Below, piece after piece: positions 8,801-16,630 of a stretch of 39,132 nucleotides of DNA. Positions within the stretch are counted from its first letter, which is position 1. The number at the start of each line of letters is the position of its first letter. The position numbers were made by a program, and so were the translations under genes. The notes under the pieces are model-generated. The model did no database searches and was not told where the DNA came from. It saw only the letters and a program-made list of their open reading frames with translations. The DNA comes from a bacterium (GTDB lineage: Bacteria > Patescibacteriota > Minisyncoccia > Phycocordibacterales > Phycocordibacteraceae), in NCBI GenBank assembly GCA_021849125.1, contig JAJZTG010000006.1, forward strand, positions 1 through 39,132. Reading direction: 5' to 3'.

Positions 8801-9220
8801 TCATTTGGTTGGAGAGACCAGGACGTAAGTCACCAAGGTGTTCTTGTCCTTCGACGTATTCCGAACATACTGTTCAAGAATCGGTTCGGGTACAAGAGGA
8901 TTCTCGGGGCATATCTTGTCCGTCCCGTCTGTAAAGACGCAACGAATCTCGATTTCCGTGCCGTGGGTGAAGCTATACGTCTCACCTTTCCCAACTGCGA
9001 GATGGAGGCTGTCTTCGCCAGGCTCAAGTTCAAAGCGTCCCTTGAGGGGTCCTTTAGGCTGAGTCTGGCTAGCGGCTGCCTCCTTTCCTTGAGTTGACGA
9101 GCTTGAGTTGCTCAGGTGGATCATCGTCGCGAAGATCGCGAAGATGATTACCCCCCAGGCAATCTTACTTACCGGCAGCTTGGGCGCCGGAGCGGTTCGA
9201 ACGACGTTTTCTGCGGGCAT
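8801..9220 (-). CDS. hypothetical single-TM protein
   Basis: GAAGGAGG before ATG 9220; TM IAWGVIIFAIFATMI; Cys pair in the soluble domain. Confidence 0.65.
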   Translation of the reverse strand: MPAENVVRTAPAPKLPVSKIAWGVIIFAIFATMIHLSNSSSSTQGKEAAASQTQPKGPLKGRFELEPGEDSLHLAVGKGETYSFTHGTEIEIRCVFTDGTDKICPENPLVPEPILEQYVRNTSKDKNTLVTYVLVSPTK

Positions 9221-10325
9221 GGGTACCACCTCCTTCGTTAGGTTGGGTGCTTTGATTGGGTAGGAGCATCCGAGTCATCGCTGCCGCGATAGGAGCTAAG
9301 GTTTTGACGGTCTCAGGGTCAACTCCGCTCAAGTCAATAACGAAGTTGCTTTGGTTTGACGTGACGCCAGGGATTCCGTGCACTGCCGCAGCTAGGTGTG
9401 CAGCAGTGTTTGCGTTTACCGCGGCTTCCTTCATGCCCTTTTGCATAGCGAGAATCGAAGCCTGTTTCGCTTGAGCTGCTCGCGCTTCTGCCTCAGATGC
9501 TTCAACTTTGGCGTTAGCGGCGACGATACTCGGATCCTCGCGAACGCTCGGGGTCTGGAGTTGTACCTGAACCCCGAGACGAGCCAGGATGGATACGAAA
9601 TTCCCGGCTTCCGCAAGGATAGCTTGTCTGCCATCCGGGGAGAACATAGGTTTCGTTACACCGTCGCTGTCAGGAAAGTCTGCGGCCTCGAGCTTACGCG
9701 CAAAAGCAGCATGATCCGCGCCTTTCTCAAGTGCTAAGAATTCGATGAAAAGGTTTCTCTCATTACGAATCCCTGCGGCTTGAGAAAATTGGCCAAAGAA
9801 AAGACGAGCGCCTTGTAAGTATGCATCGGCGATCTGACCAAGCGGGTCACTTACCTCAAGAAAGCGATAAGGATGAACGATACGATACTTCAACGTATTT
9901 TCTCCCCCGCCATCTTCAACGACTCCGAACCAGATCGGTATACCATCCTGAGCGTCAATCTTTTCGCCTGGGATCGTAAGGATCTGAGGATTCGTCGATG
10001 AGGGAAGCTCCAACACCTTGCAGAACAAGGGGAGAACCCAATGATTGCCGCTTGCAAGACGTAGTTGGGGAGACCCCAGTATCAACACGATACCGTCGTA
10101 GCCTACCTGGACGGTTCGGAGACCGAGCCAGAAGATGCTCGCAGCGCTACCAAGCGATGCCAGGAGACTGCACAAGAAGCGCAGCGGTTCCCAGAGTGGA
10201 GACAAGTAACCCTCGTAGAGGATCTGCCATACCACCGAAGCGATAAAGAGACTCACGATGATGCCGAGAGACAGAGTGATTGCGGGCGTGAGAGGCCGCG
10301 CACGTGCAGTTTGAGACGTATGCAT
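9165..10325 (-). CDS. SPFH/Band-7 domain membrane protein
   Basis: GAGGAG before ATG 10325; two TMs then GLRTVQVGYDGIVLILG..LASGNHWVLP, AE-rich coiled coil. Confidence 0.7.
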   Translation of the reverse strand: MHTSQTARARPLTPAITLSLGIIVSLFIASVVWQILYEGYLSPLWEPLRFLCSLLASLGSAASIFWLGLRTVQVGYDGIVLILGSPQLRLASGNHWVLPLFCKVLELPSSTNPQILTIPGEKIDAQDGIPIWFGVVEDGGGENTLKYRIVHPYRFLEVSDPLGQIADAYLQGARLFFGQFSQAAGIRNERNLFIEFLALEKGADHAAFARKLEAADFPDSDGVTKPMFSPDGRQAILAEAGNFVSILARLGVQVQLQTPSVREDPSIVAANAKVEASEAEARAAQAKQASILAMQKGMKEAAVNANTAAHLAAAVHGIPGVTSNQSNFVIDLSGVDPETVKTLAPIAAAMTRMLLPNQSTQPNEGGGTHARRKRRSNRSGAQAAGK

Positions 10326-10426
10326 GTCTTTCTCCTCAAAGGACAAGCCTGACCGAAATGGGAAGGCAGCTGCGTATATAGTACATAAACTCTTTATAAA
10401 GTCAAGTACTGTATCGGATATTCCGG

Positions 10427-10508
10427 TGCTGAGGGGGAGACTTGAACTCCCATGGGTTGCCCCGTCTGCTCCTAAGGCAGGTGCGTCTACCAATTTCGCC
10501 ACCTCAGC
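10427..10508 (-). tRNA. tRNA-Leu(TAG)
   Basis: GCTGAGG..GCGAAATTGGTAGACGC..CT TAG GA..GGGAGTTCAAGTCTCCC CCTCAGCA. Confidence 0.95.
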
Positions 10509-10550
10509 GTCTTCCAAAACCAAAAAGGTTCTGATACGATACAGTGTACC

Positions 10551-10623
10551 GCGCCTATAGCTCAGTTGGTAGAGCAGCTCCCTCTTAAGGAGACGGTCCA
10601 AGGTTCGAGCCCTTGTAGGCGCA
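10551..10623 (+). tRNA. tRNA-Lys(CTT)
   Basis: GCGCCTA TAGCTCAGTTGGTAGAGC..CT CTT AA..CAAGGTTCGAGCCCTTG TAGGCGCA. Confidence 0.95.
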
Positions 10624-10988
10624 CAAAGCGAGTCCTCGAGTCTTGTACGCCTAAGCACGCTTGGGAAGCGTGCGTCTAGGGCGAGAAGACCTTGCGAGCA
10701 TTTTCTGGAGCAAGGCGAACAGAAAATCCGCAAGGTGTACTGAAGCTGTAAGCTTCGAGAAATGTACTCATGACCCTTGTAGGCGCACAAAGCGAGTCCT
10801 CGAGTCTTGTACGCCTAAGCACGCTTGGGAAGCGTGCGTCTAGGGCGAGAAGACCTTGCGAGCATTTTCTGGAGCAAGGCGAACAGAAAATCCGCAAGGT
10901 GTACTGAAGCTGTAAGCTTCGAGAAATGTACTCATGACCCTTGTAGGCGCACAAAGCGAGTCCTCGAGTCTTGTACGCCTAAGCACGC
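10610..10988 (+). repeat. 164-bp tandem repeat (2.3 copies) beginning in the tRNA-Lys 3' end
   Basis: Units start at 10610, 10774 and 10938 with cccttgtaggcgcacaaagcg; identical copies. Confidence 0.95.
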
Positions 10989-10992
10989 CTGG

Positions 10993-11035
10993 AAAATGAA
11001 GGAACGCCTTGCTTCGCAAGGCGTTCCTTCATTTT
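10993..11035. terminator. long hairpin/bidirectional terminator between convergent tRNA units
   Basis: aaaatgaaggaacgccttg-cttcg-caaggcgttccttcatttt. Confidence 0.85.
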
Positions 11036-11036
11036 G

Positions 11037-11125
11037 TGCCGAGGGTGGGGCTCGAACCCACACGATGGTTTTTAGGCCATCTCCGAGTTTTAAGCTCGGT
11101 GCGTCTACCATTTCGCCACCTCGGC
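11037..11125 (-). tRNA. tRNA-Leu(TAA)
   Basis: GCCGAGG..GCGAAATGGTAGACGC..CCGAG CT TAA AA CTCGG..GTGGGTTCGAGCCCCAC CCTCGGCA. Confidence 0.95.
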
Positions 11126-11133
11126 GCGGTGTA

Positions 11134-11934
11134 TCACACAGTATACCTATGAGGCCCGGGAGGGATTCGCACCCTCGCATAACGGTTTTGCAGACCGTCG
11201 CGTTGCTTCTTCGCCACCGGGCCTTTGTCCCTCAAGATGGACGGAATATCTTCGATGCAAAGGTCCCGTTCCTTTAGGTACGATATAAATATATCGTACT
11301 TTCGTTTAAGCCGCAGCTCTTTCTTTTCCTCTTCTTGATACATGAGCCGAAAAAGTTTAAGGCTATCTCGAGTCGAGTATCTCAGTTGATGGGCGTCGGG
11401 CGCACTCCCATGCCGGTATAACCCTCTTCCAGTGATGCTAGCGATCGAGACCAGTCTCTGGTGTAAGGTCGCTAAAAAGTCTCTGCTGCCGCTTGTAAAT
11501 ACGGTAAGTAGACGTTTTGACCGTCCTTGTCTGTCCCGGTCTATATACGCACCTCCGTCTCCATCAAAATATCCACGTATGAAATCACCAAGGAACTCGT
11601 CTGGAACAGCGGGGAAACTCATGGTGAGTGATTTGTGTGGCGTAACTCCGAGTCCAACAAGACTCTCGAAAAGTGCATGACTACCGATTCGTAGTAGGTA
11701 TTTTTTCTTGTGGTTCCCGCGTGCATCTTGCTGCACTATAGTGTGTGTCGAATGGAGAAGGGAACGTATTACAACGATGCGGTCCTTATCTGTACTAGTG
11801 ACGCGGACGTATTTGCCACGCAAGTAGGGTGCGTCCTCAAGGCTCCCATCTGCAAACAAAAAGCCAAGTACGTATGCCATCTCTGATTCCCACCGCAGGA
11901 AGAACCTTTCATTAACTGGATATTTGACCCCCAT
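11134..11934 (-). CDS. free-standing LAGLIDADG homing endonuclease-like protein
   Basis: Two motifs AYVLGFLFADGS and DFIRGYFDGDGG; GVTPHKSL; lower GC; TGtTACCAT 6 nt before ATG. Confidence 0.88.
   Translation of the reverse strand: MGVKYPVNERFFLRWESEMAYVLGFLFADGSLEDAPYLRGKYVRVTSTDKDRIVVIRSLLHSTHTIVQQDARGNHKKKYLLRIGSHALFESLVGLGVTPHKSLTMSFPAVPDEFLGDFIRGYFDGDGGAYIDRDRQGRSKRLLTVFTSGSRDFLATLHQRLVSIASITGRGLYRHGSAPDAHQLRYSTRDSLKLFRLMYQEEEKKELRLKRKYDIFISYLKERDLCIEDIPSILRDKGPVAKKQRDGLQNRYARVRIPPGPHRYTV
11152..11223 (-). tRNA. tRNA-Cys(GCA), non-canonical D/T loops
   Basis: GGCCCGG/CCGGGCC, ACGGT CT GCA AA ACCGT, U73; T-loop TGCGAAT. Confidence 0.88.
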
Positions 11935-11998
11935 ACAATAATGGTAACATCAAATCCTGCACAGATATGTATAATGCAAGGATAATGGGTGACTAGGA

Positions 11999-12316
11999 CT
12001 AGCGCTCCTCGGTGGCGTTTTCAGTCTCCTCGCGATTGTCGAGCATGAAGTCGATGCGCGGCAAGCCGTGGAGACGCGTGTGCGTCTTCAGGTGCTCAGA
12101 GAAATCCTTACGCTTGCGGTCGAGGAACGCGAGCGCTGCAGGAGCTTTCTCTTCTGGAAACACACTTACGAAGACGAGGACGCGTTCGCCTTTCGAGACC
12201 GACTGCGCGCGTACTACGGTAATGAGGGAGCCGCTACCGGCCTCTTCCGCGATGAAGCGTGCAGCTTCGTGAGTGATGATCTCGATCGCGCGCTTGTTAC
12301 GCTCGGAGGCATTCAT
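11999..12316 (-). CDS. rbfA: ribosome-binding factor A
   Basis: Directly downstream of infB (ATGA overlap); LITV..VFVSVFP..LPRIDF KH-like pattern. Confidence 0.8.
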   Translation of the reverse strand: MNASERNKRAIEIITHEAARFIAEEAGSGSLITVVRAQSVSKGERVLVFVSVFPEEKAPAALAFLDRKRKDFSEHLKTHTRLHGLPRIDFMLDNREETENATEER

Positions 12317-13782
12317 ACTTTTTCGATCGTGAACGCGACGACCTCGTCACCGTAGACGACCGGTTCGCGCAGCTCCATCTCCATGCCGAAATCGCCTTCG
12401 ACCTTGATTTCCGAGATGTCGGCGCGGGCTTGCTGCAGGTTCGTAATCTTGCCTTGAGCGATCTCTTCGCCATTGCGGATAAGCTTTACGCGGTCGCCGA
12501 GCGTGAGCGTGCCGGAGACGTGACGGGCGCCGAGCACCTGCTTTTTCGAAGTCGAAGAGAAGGGTTTCAGGACCTTTGCCCGTCCGAGCTCTTTCTCCGT
12601 GTCCATGGCAGGCACACGTTCCTTCAGGAGCTCTTCAACCTTTTCGGCGAGCTCGTAGATGATGGAGAAGGAGAGGATGGATACGTTGTCACGGTCGGCG
12701 AGATCGCGTGCGATCGCGTCGGTGCCGGTATTGAATGCGATTACGACGCCATCTGCGGCGTAAGCGGTCTTCACATCGTTTTCCGAGACGCTCCCGACGC
12801 CTGAGGCGATGATCCGTATGCTTGCGCGCTCGTGCATGATCTTCGAGAGCTCGTGTGCGATCGCATCGATCGAGCCAGCAACATCAGCCTTGACGATGAG
12901 CGGGAGTTCGATCATGCCTTGCGTAGCAGTGCTACGTTCGGGTTTCGCTGCCAGGGTCTTCGCCTGTGTGGTGGCGAGCGCTTCCGCCTCTTTCTTGGTA
13001 GCGACGACGCTGAAGAGAGAACCGGCGGACGGAAGCTTGCTGAAGCCTGAGATGCGTACCGGTGCGGACGGCCCCGCTTCCGTGACGCGCTTGCCGAGGA
13101 AGTCCTCGATGAAGCGTATCGGAGCATACGCATCGCCCGCGACGACGAATCCGTCGCAACGGAGCGTACCGTCCTTGAGGATGAGCGTCGCCGAGGCGCC
13201 GCGTTTCGGGTCTTGAGTAGATTCGAGCACGAAGCCGGTCGCGCTCGCTGCTGGGTCAGCCGTGAGCTCGGCCAGATCAGCCGCAAGGAGAACGAGGTCA
13301 AGAAGTTCCGAGACACCCTCGCCAGTCTTTGAGGAAACGGGCGCGTAAGCGATATCGCCACCCATGCCCTCGATGTAGATCTCGTGCTCGATGAGCGAGA
13401 ATTTTGTCCGATCGATGTCGGCGTTGTTCTTGTCGATCTTCGTGATGGCGACGATGTAGGGGATCCCGGATTCTTTGATGGCTGCGAGCGCATCAAGAGT
13501 CTGTGGCATGACGCCTTCATCGGCTGCAACGACAAGGATCGCGATATCAGCCGCGGCTGCACCGCGCGTGCGCAGACTCTTGAAAGCCTCATGGCCCGGC
13601 GTGTCGAGGAACGTGACCGGGCGGTTGTCGTGTGTCGCGATATATGCCGAGACATGCTGCGTGATGCCGCCCGCCTCATGAGCCACGACGTTAGCTTTCC
13701 GGATGTAATCCAGAAGGGAAGACTTGCCATGGTCGATATGACCCATCACCGCGATGACGGGCGGTCGTGTCTCCTTCGCCAT
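12313..13782 (-). CDS. infB: translation initiation factor IF-2 (short form, no N-terminal domain)
   Basis: [54 protein letters not shown]. Confidence 0.97.
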   Translation of the reverse strand: MAKETRPPVIAVMGHIDHGKSSLLDYIRKANVVAHEAGGITQHVSAYIATHDNRPVTFLDTPGHEAFKSLRTRGAAAADIAILVVAADEGVMPQTLDALAAIKESGIPYIVAITKIDKNNADIDRTKFSLIEHEIYIEGMGGDIAYAPVSSKTGEGVSELLDLVLLAADLAELTADPAASATGFVLESTQDPKRGASATLILKDGTLRCDGFVVAGDAYAPIRFIEDFLGKRVTEAGPSAPVRISGFSKLPSAGSLFSVVATKKEAEALATTQAKTLAAKPERSTATQGMIELPLIVKADVAGSIDAIAHELSKIMHERASIRIIASGVGSVSENDVKTAYAADGVVIAFNTGTDAIARDLADRDNVSILSFSIIYELAEKVEELLKERVPAMDTEKELGRAKVLKPFSSTSKKQVLGARHVSGTLTLGDRVKLIRNGEEIAQGKITNLQQARADISEIKVEGDFGMEMELREPVVYGDEVVAFTIEKV

Positions 13783-13831
13783 AATGGCTCTATTTCATCA
13801 CAAAAACGCTGAATTTTCAACCAGATAAAAT

Positions 13832-13990
13832 AAAAAGAGCCGCGTTCGCGACTCCTGGCAGGACGACCTTCAGGGAGGTAAGGTCGTCCTGCCGTGCATC
13901 CATCCGAACCCGTATGGCATAGTCTCGCATCGGAAGCAATGCCCGTCTGCTCCGAAGAGGGAGCGCGACTCACAGGTGGTGGAATCTGCA
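13832..13990 (-). ncRNA. candidate sRNA or structured infB leader
   Basis: TTGACA-N16-TAGAGT promoter (14022-13995), several hairpins including a 14-bp perfect stem, terminator-like gagtcgc-gaac-gcggctc-TTTTT. Confidence 0.5.
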
Positions 13991-14067
13991 CGCTACTCTA
14001 GCACGTACCATATATCTGTCAAGTATCAAAAGATAAGCGACCAGGAAGGTCGCTTATAGATAAAGGA

Positions 14068-14604
14068 TCAGATACCGGTCATATAGAAGCTGCCGACGCA
14101 TTTCCAATTGCCATCCTGGTCTTCTTTGTAGACGACAAGGAGTGTGGCGATAAATTCGATCGGTTCGACGCGTAACCGCTTGATCCGTGGATACGCTTTG
14201 TCAAAGATGCTCGAAGTGTGCCGGGCAAGCGTAATGTGCAACGTGTTTTCTCCTTCGTATCGGCCTCGGACATAGCCTGGAACCTCACGGATGATCTTGC
14301 AAGCAGAGATCCATTGTTCAGCCAGAGCGAGCGGAACCTTCGGTTGAAGGCTCAGATATTTCTTACCGAAGGGGTGTATCTCGTCGGTCGTGAAAGACAT
14401 CGGAGGCAGGTTCCTTGCAAGATGCTTGGCGATGCGCTGTATATCCTCCTCCTCGGCCTCGACTGGAGGAAAGAGGGTGATGTACGGCGGACGGGTACGA
14501 TACGGAGCCTCAAGGCCGGTAATCTTCGCGACTCGATCCATGAGCGCGCGGATCTTTCCGGATGCAGGCTCAGGGACATTGAGTGCGAAGATATAACGGG
14601 ACAT
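14068..14604 (-). CDS. 2H phosphoesterase (2'-5' RNA ligase family)
   Basis: PPYITLFPP and LHITLAR paired HxT-like motifs; GGGAG before ATG. Confidence 0.75.
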   Translation of the reverse strand: MSRYIFALNVPEPASGKIRALMDRVAKITGLEAPYRTRPPYITLFPPVEAEEEDIQRIAKHLARNLPPMSFTTDEIHPFGKKYLSLQPKVPLALAEQWISACKIIREVPGYVRGRYEGENTLHITLARHTSSIFDKAYPRIKRLRVEPIEFIATLLVVYKEDQDGNWKCVGSFYMTGI

Positions 14605-14693
14605 GAGAGGCTCCCTCACGAGTTGATCTGTCTGTACTGTACGTCTCCACTGGATGCCGAGTCAATCGGTCCGTATCGTGTAGAATACATAGC

Positions 14694-15842
14694 ATGTGGA
14701 TACGTCGACGGACCTATCTTGATGCGGCAGCAGGTATGGCGGGAAACCCATCATCGCCGCACGAGGAGGGACGGCGTGTGCGGACGATGCTCGAAGACGC
14801 ACGGACGCGCATCGCGCGGCTTCTTGAGGTGCAAGGTGATGACGTGATATTTACAAGCGGCGCGACAGAAGCGAACGCGCTCGCGATACTCGGGTACGTT
14901 CGAGCGACGAGGAAACGTGCCGGAAGCGATACGCCGGGCAGGAACAACCTGCATGTGCTCTACCTTCCGAGCGCGCATGCCTCGATCGTCGAGAATGCCA
15001 AGCGTCTCGCGCTTGAGGGCGTGACCGTCGAGCCTCTTCCTATAAAGGACTCCCGTGTCGATGTGGCGCTCCTTGCGGAGATGATCAGACCCGAAACGGT
15101 CCTGGTCGCGATGGAAGCGGTGTGTGGCGAAACCGGTGTCGTATGGAATACGCGCGAGGTAGGAGAAGTACTACGCAAGGCGCGTACCAGTGACAGGCCA
15201 GCTATCGTGCTGCACGTCGACGCGAGCCAGGCACCGCTTACGGAGAAGATCACACGGGATCATTTCGGCGCAGGGACGCTCGTGCTTGATGCGTCGAAAG
15301 TCTCGGACGTACGCAGCCTGGGCGTGCTTATCGCGCATCGGACCATCCCGCTCGAATCGTTGTATGGCGGTGGCGGTCAGGAAAGGGGTCTGAGGCCCGG
15401 CACGGAGAATCCAGAAGGGGCGGCACGGTTTGCAGCGGCGCTTGAGAGCGTCGTGAGAAGCCGCGCAGCGTTCCGCAAGAAGTCCGGCAAGATCCGGAAA
15501 CTCTTGGCCGAGCGCATCCTGAAAGATATTCCGAACGTGTTCGTGCAGGAAGGGAAGGAACAGGTTCCGAATATCCTGAACGTCGCCCTTGTCGGGAGGG
15601 ATACGGACTACCTCGTGGCCCTCCTTGACGAGGCTGGGTTTGCAGTCTCGACCAAGAGTGCTTGCGAGACTGACTCGGAAGAAGGCTCACGTGCGGTTTT
15701 TGTCCTCACCGGCGACGCGGAACGGGCTCGGGCGACCCTTCGAGTCTCTTGGGGGCCGGGCTTTTCAGCTCGCGCGGCTGCACGGTTCGTAAGAGCGCTT
15801 GTGCGGGAAACCGCGTTTATTGACAAAGGTTCATCAGAATAG
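14694..15842 (+). CDS. IscS/NifS-like cysteine desulfurase (class V PLP enzyme)
   Basis: YLDAAA, GNPSSPH, FTSGATEAN, HVDASQ, DASK, GGGQERGLRPGTEN, STKSAC. Confidence 0.9.
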   Translation: MWIRRRTYLDAAAGMAGNPSSPHEEGRRVRTMLEDARTRIARLLEVQGDDVIFTSGATEANALAILGYVRATRKRAGSDTPGRNNLHVLYLPSAHASIVENAKRLALEGVTVEPLPIKDSRVDVALLAEMIRPETVLVAMEAVCGETGVVWNTREVGEVLRKARTSDRPAIVLHVDASQAPLTEKITRDHFGAGTLVLDASKVSDVRSLGVLIAHRTIPLESLYGGGGQERGLRPGTENPEGAARFAAALESVVRSRAAFRKKSGKIRKLLAERILKDIPNVFVQEGKEQVPNILNVALVGRDTDYLVALLDEAGFAVSTKSACETDSEEGSRAVFVLTGDAERARATLRVSWGPGFSARAAARFVRALVRETAFIDKGSSE

Positions 15843-15856
15843 CATCATACTTTTAT

Positions 15857-16624
15857 ATGAATATCGAGGAACTCTCCAAATCTCAGCTCATACTTCTCAC
15901 GATACTCGTGAACTTCGTGACCTCGGTCGCGACCGGCATCCTCACGGTCTCGCTTCTTGATCATGCTCCTGCCTTCGTAACCCAGACGGTAAACCGTGTC
16001 GTCGAGCACACCATCGAGACGGTCGCTGCCGCAGCTCCTGCCGCTATCATCCAAGCACCAGCTCCCTCGAACCAGGATCTCGTCACTGCTGCGATCGGTG
16101 CTGATGCTGCTCGTATCGTCGCTATCTATGACGCCGCGACAGGCACTTCGACGCCTGTGGTGAGTCCGGGGTCGTACATCGCGAAGTCGCGCATCGTCGT
16201 GACCGCTGCACAAGACGATCTGCCGAAAGAGGCGCTTATCGAATTCACGACAGGGAGCTACGTCGCGGCTTCTCTCTCGAAGGCTGGTAAAGGGATCGCG
16301 ATTTACGGGTTCGCTGATGACGCTGTCTTGCCGAAGATCTCCTCACCTGCTTTGGTCCCAGCAAGCGAGCTTAAGCTCGGCGAGACCGCTCTCTCGGTCA
16401 GCGCTGATGGCACCGCAGCGACCGGTATCGTGGCACGGATAAGCGCTAAGGGGATCAGCACGACGTTGCCGGAAATCGGGGTCGGCACCGCGGTCGTCGA
16501 TCTCTCGGGTAATCTCATCGGCATCGGCATCGGATCACCTTCCGGTCTTCTCGTCGGCACGGACACGATCAACGCCATTCTCGCTCCTGCGCCTTCGACC
16601 GCAACGTCGACCCCGGCAAAATAA
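15857..16624 (+). CDS. membrane-anchored trypsin/HtrA-like protein, probably catalytically dead
   Basis: N-terminal TM; LKLGETALSV..TGIVA..AVVDLSGNLIGI resembles the HtrA protease C-lobe. Confidence 0.6.
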   Translation: MNIEELSKSQLILLTILVNFVTSVATGILTVSLLDHAPAFVTQTVNRVVEHTIETVAAAAPAAIIQAPAPSNQDLVTAAIGADAARIVAIYDAATGTSTPVVSPGSYIAKSRIVVTAAQDDLPKEALIEFTTGSYVAASLSKAGKGIAIYGFADDAVLPKISSPALVPASELKLGETALSVSADGTAATGIVARISAKGISTTLPEIGVGTAVVDLSGNLIGIGIGSPSGLLVGTDTINAILAPAPSTATSTPAK

Positions 16625-16630
16625 GCGATT

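Noticed and set aside
10610-10988. CRISPR array
   Set aside because: Intervening segments are identical rather than unique spacers, the unit is 164 bp, and no cas genes are present
10326-11277. ORF extension to 10790 and ORFs at 10661, 10676, 10825, 10932
   Set aside because: They run through tRNA genes and the tandem repeat; the SPFH gene has a good RBS at 10325
11134-11998. Group I intron hosting the LAGLIDADG gene
   Set aside because: No split exon or recognisable P7 core; tRNA-Cys is contiguous and only ~65 nt separate the ORF from rbfA
12313-13782. IF-2 lacking its N-terminal domain (also short DnaX and ACT-less Rel) as pseudogenes
   Set aside because: Catalytic cores are intact; such truncations are typical of streamlined genomes
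13857-13893. Type I toxin-antitoxin locus
   Set aside because: GGAGG on the plus strand has no properly spaced start or hydrophobic small ORF
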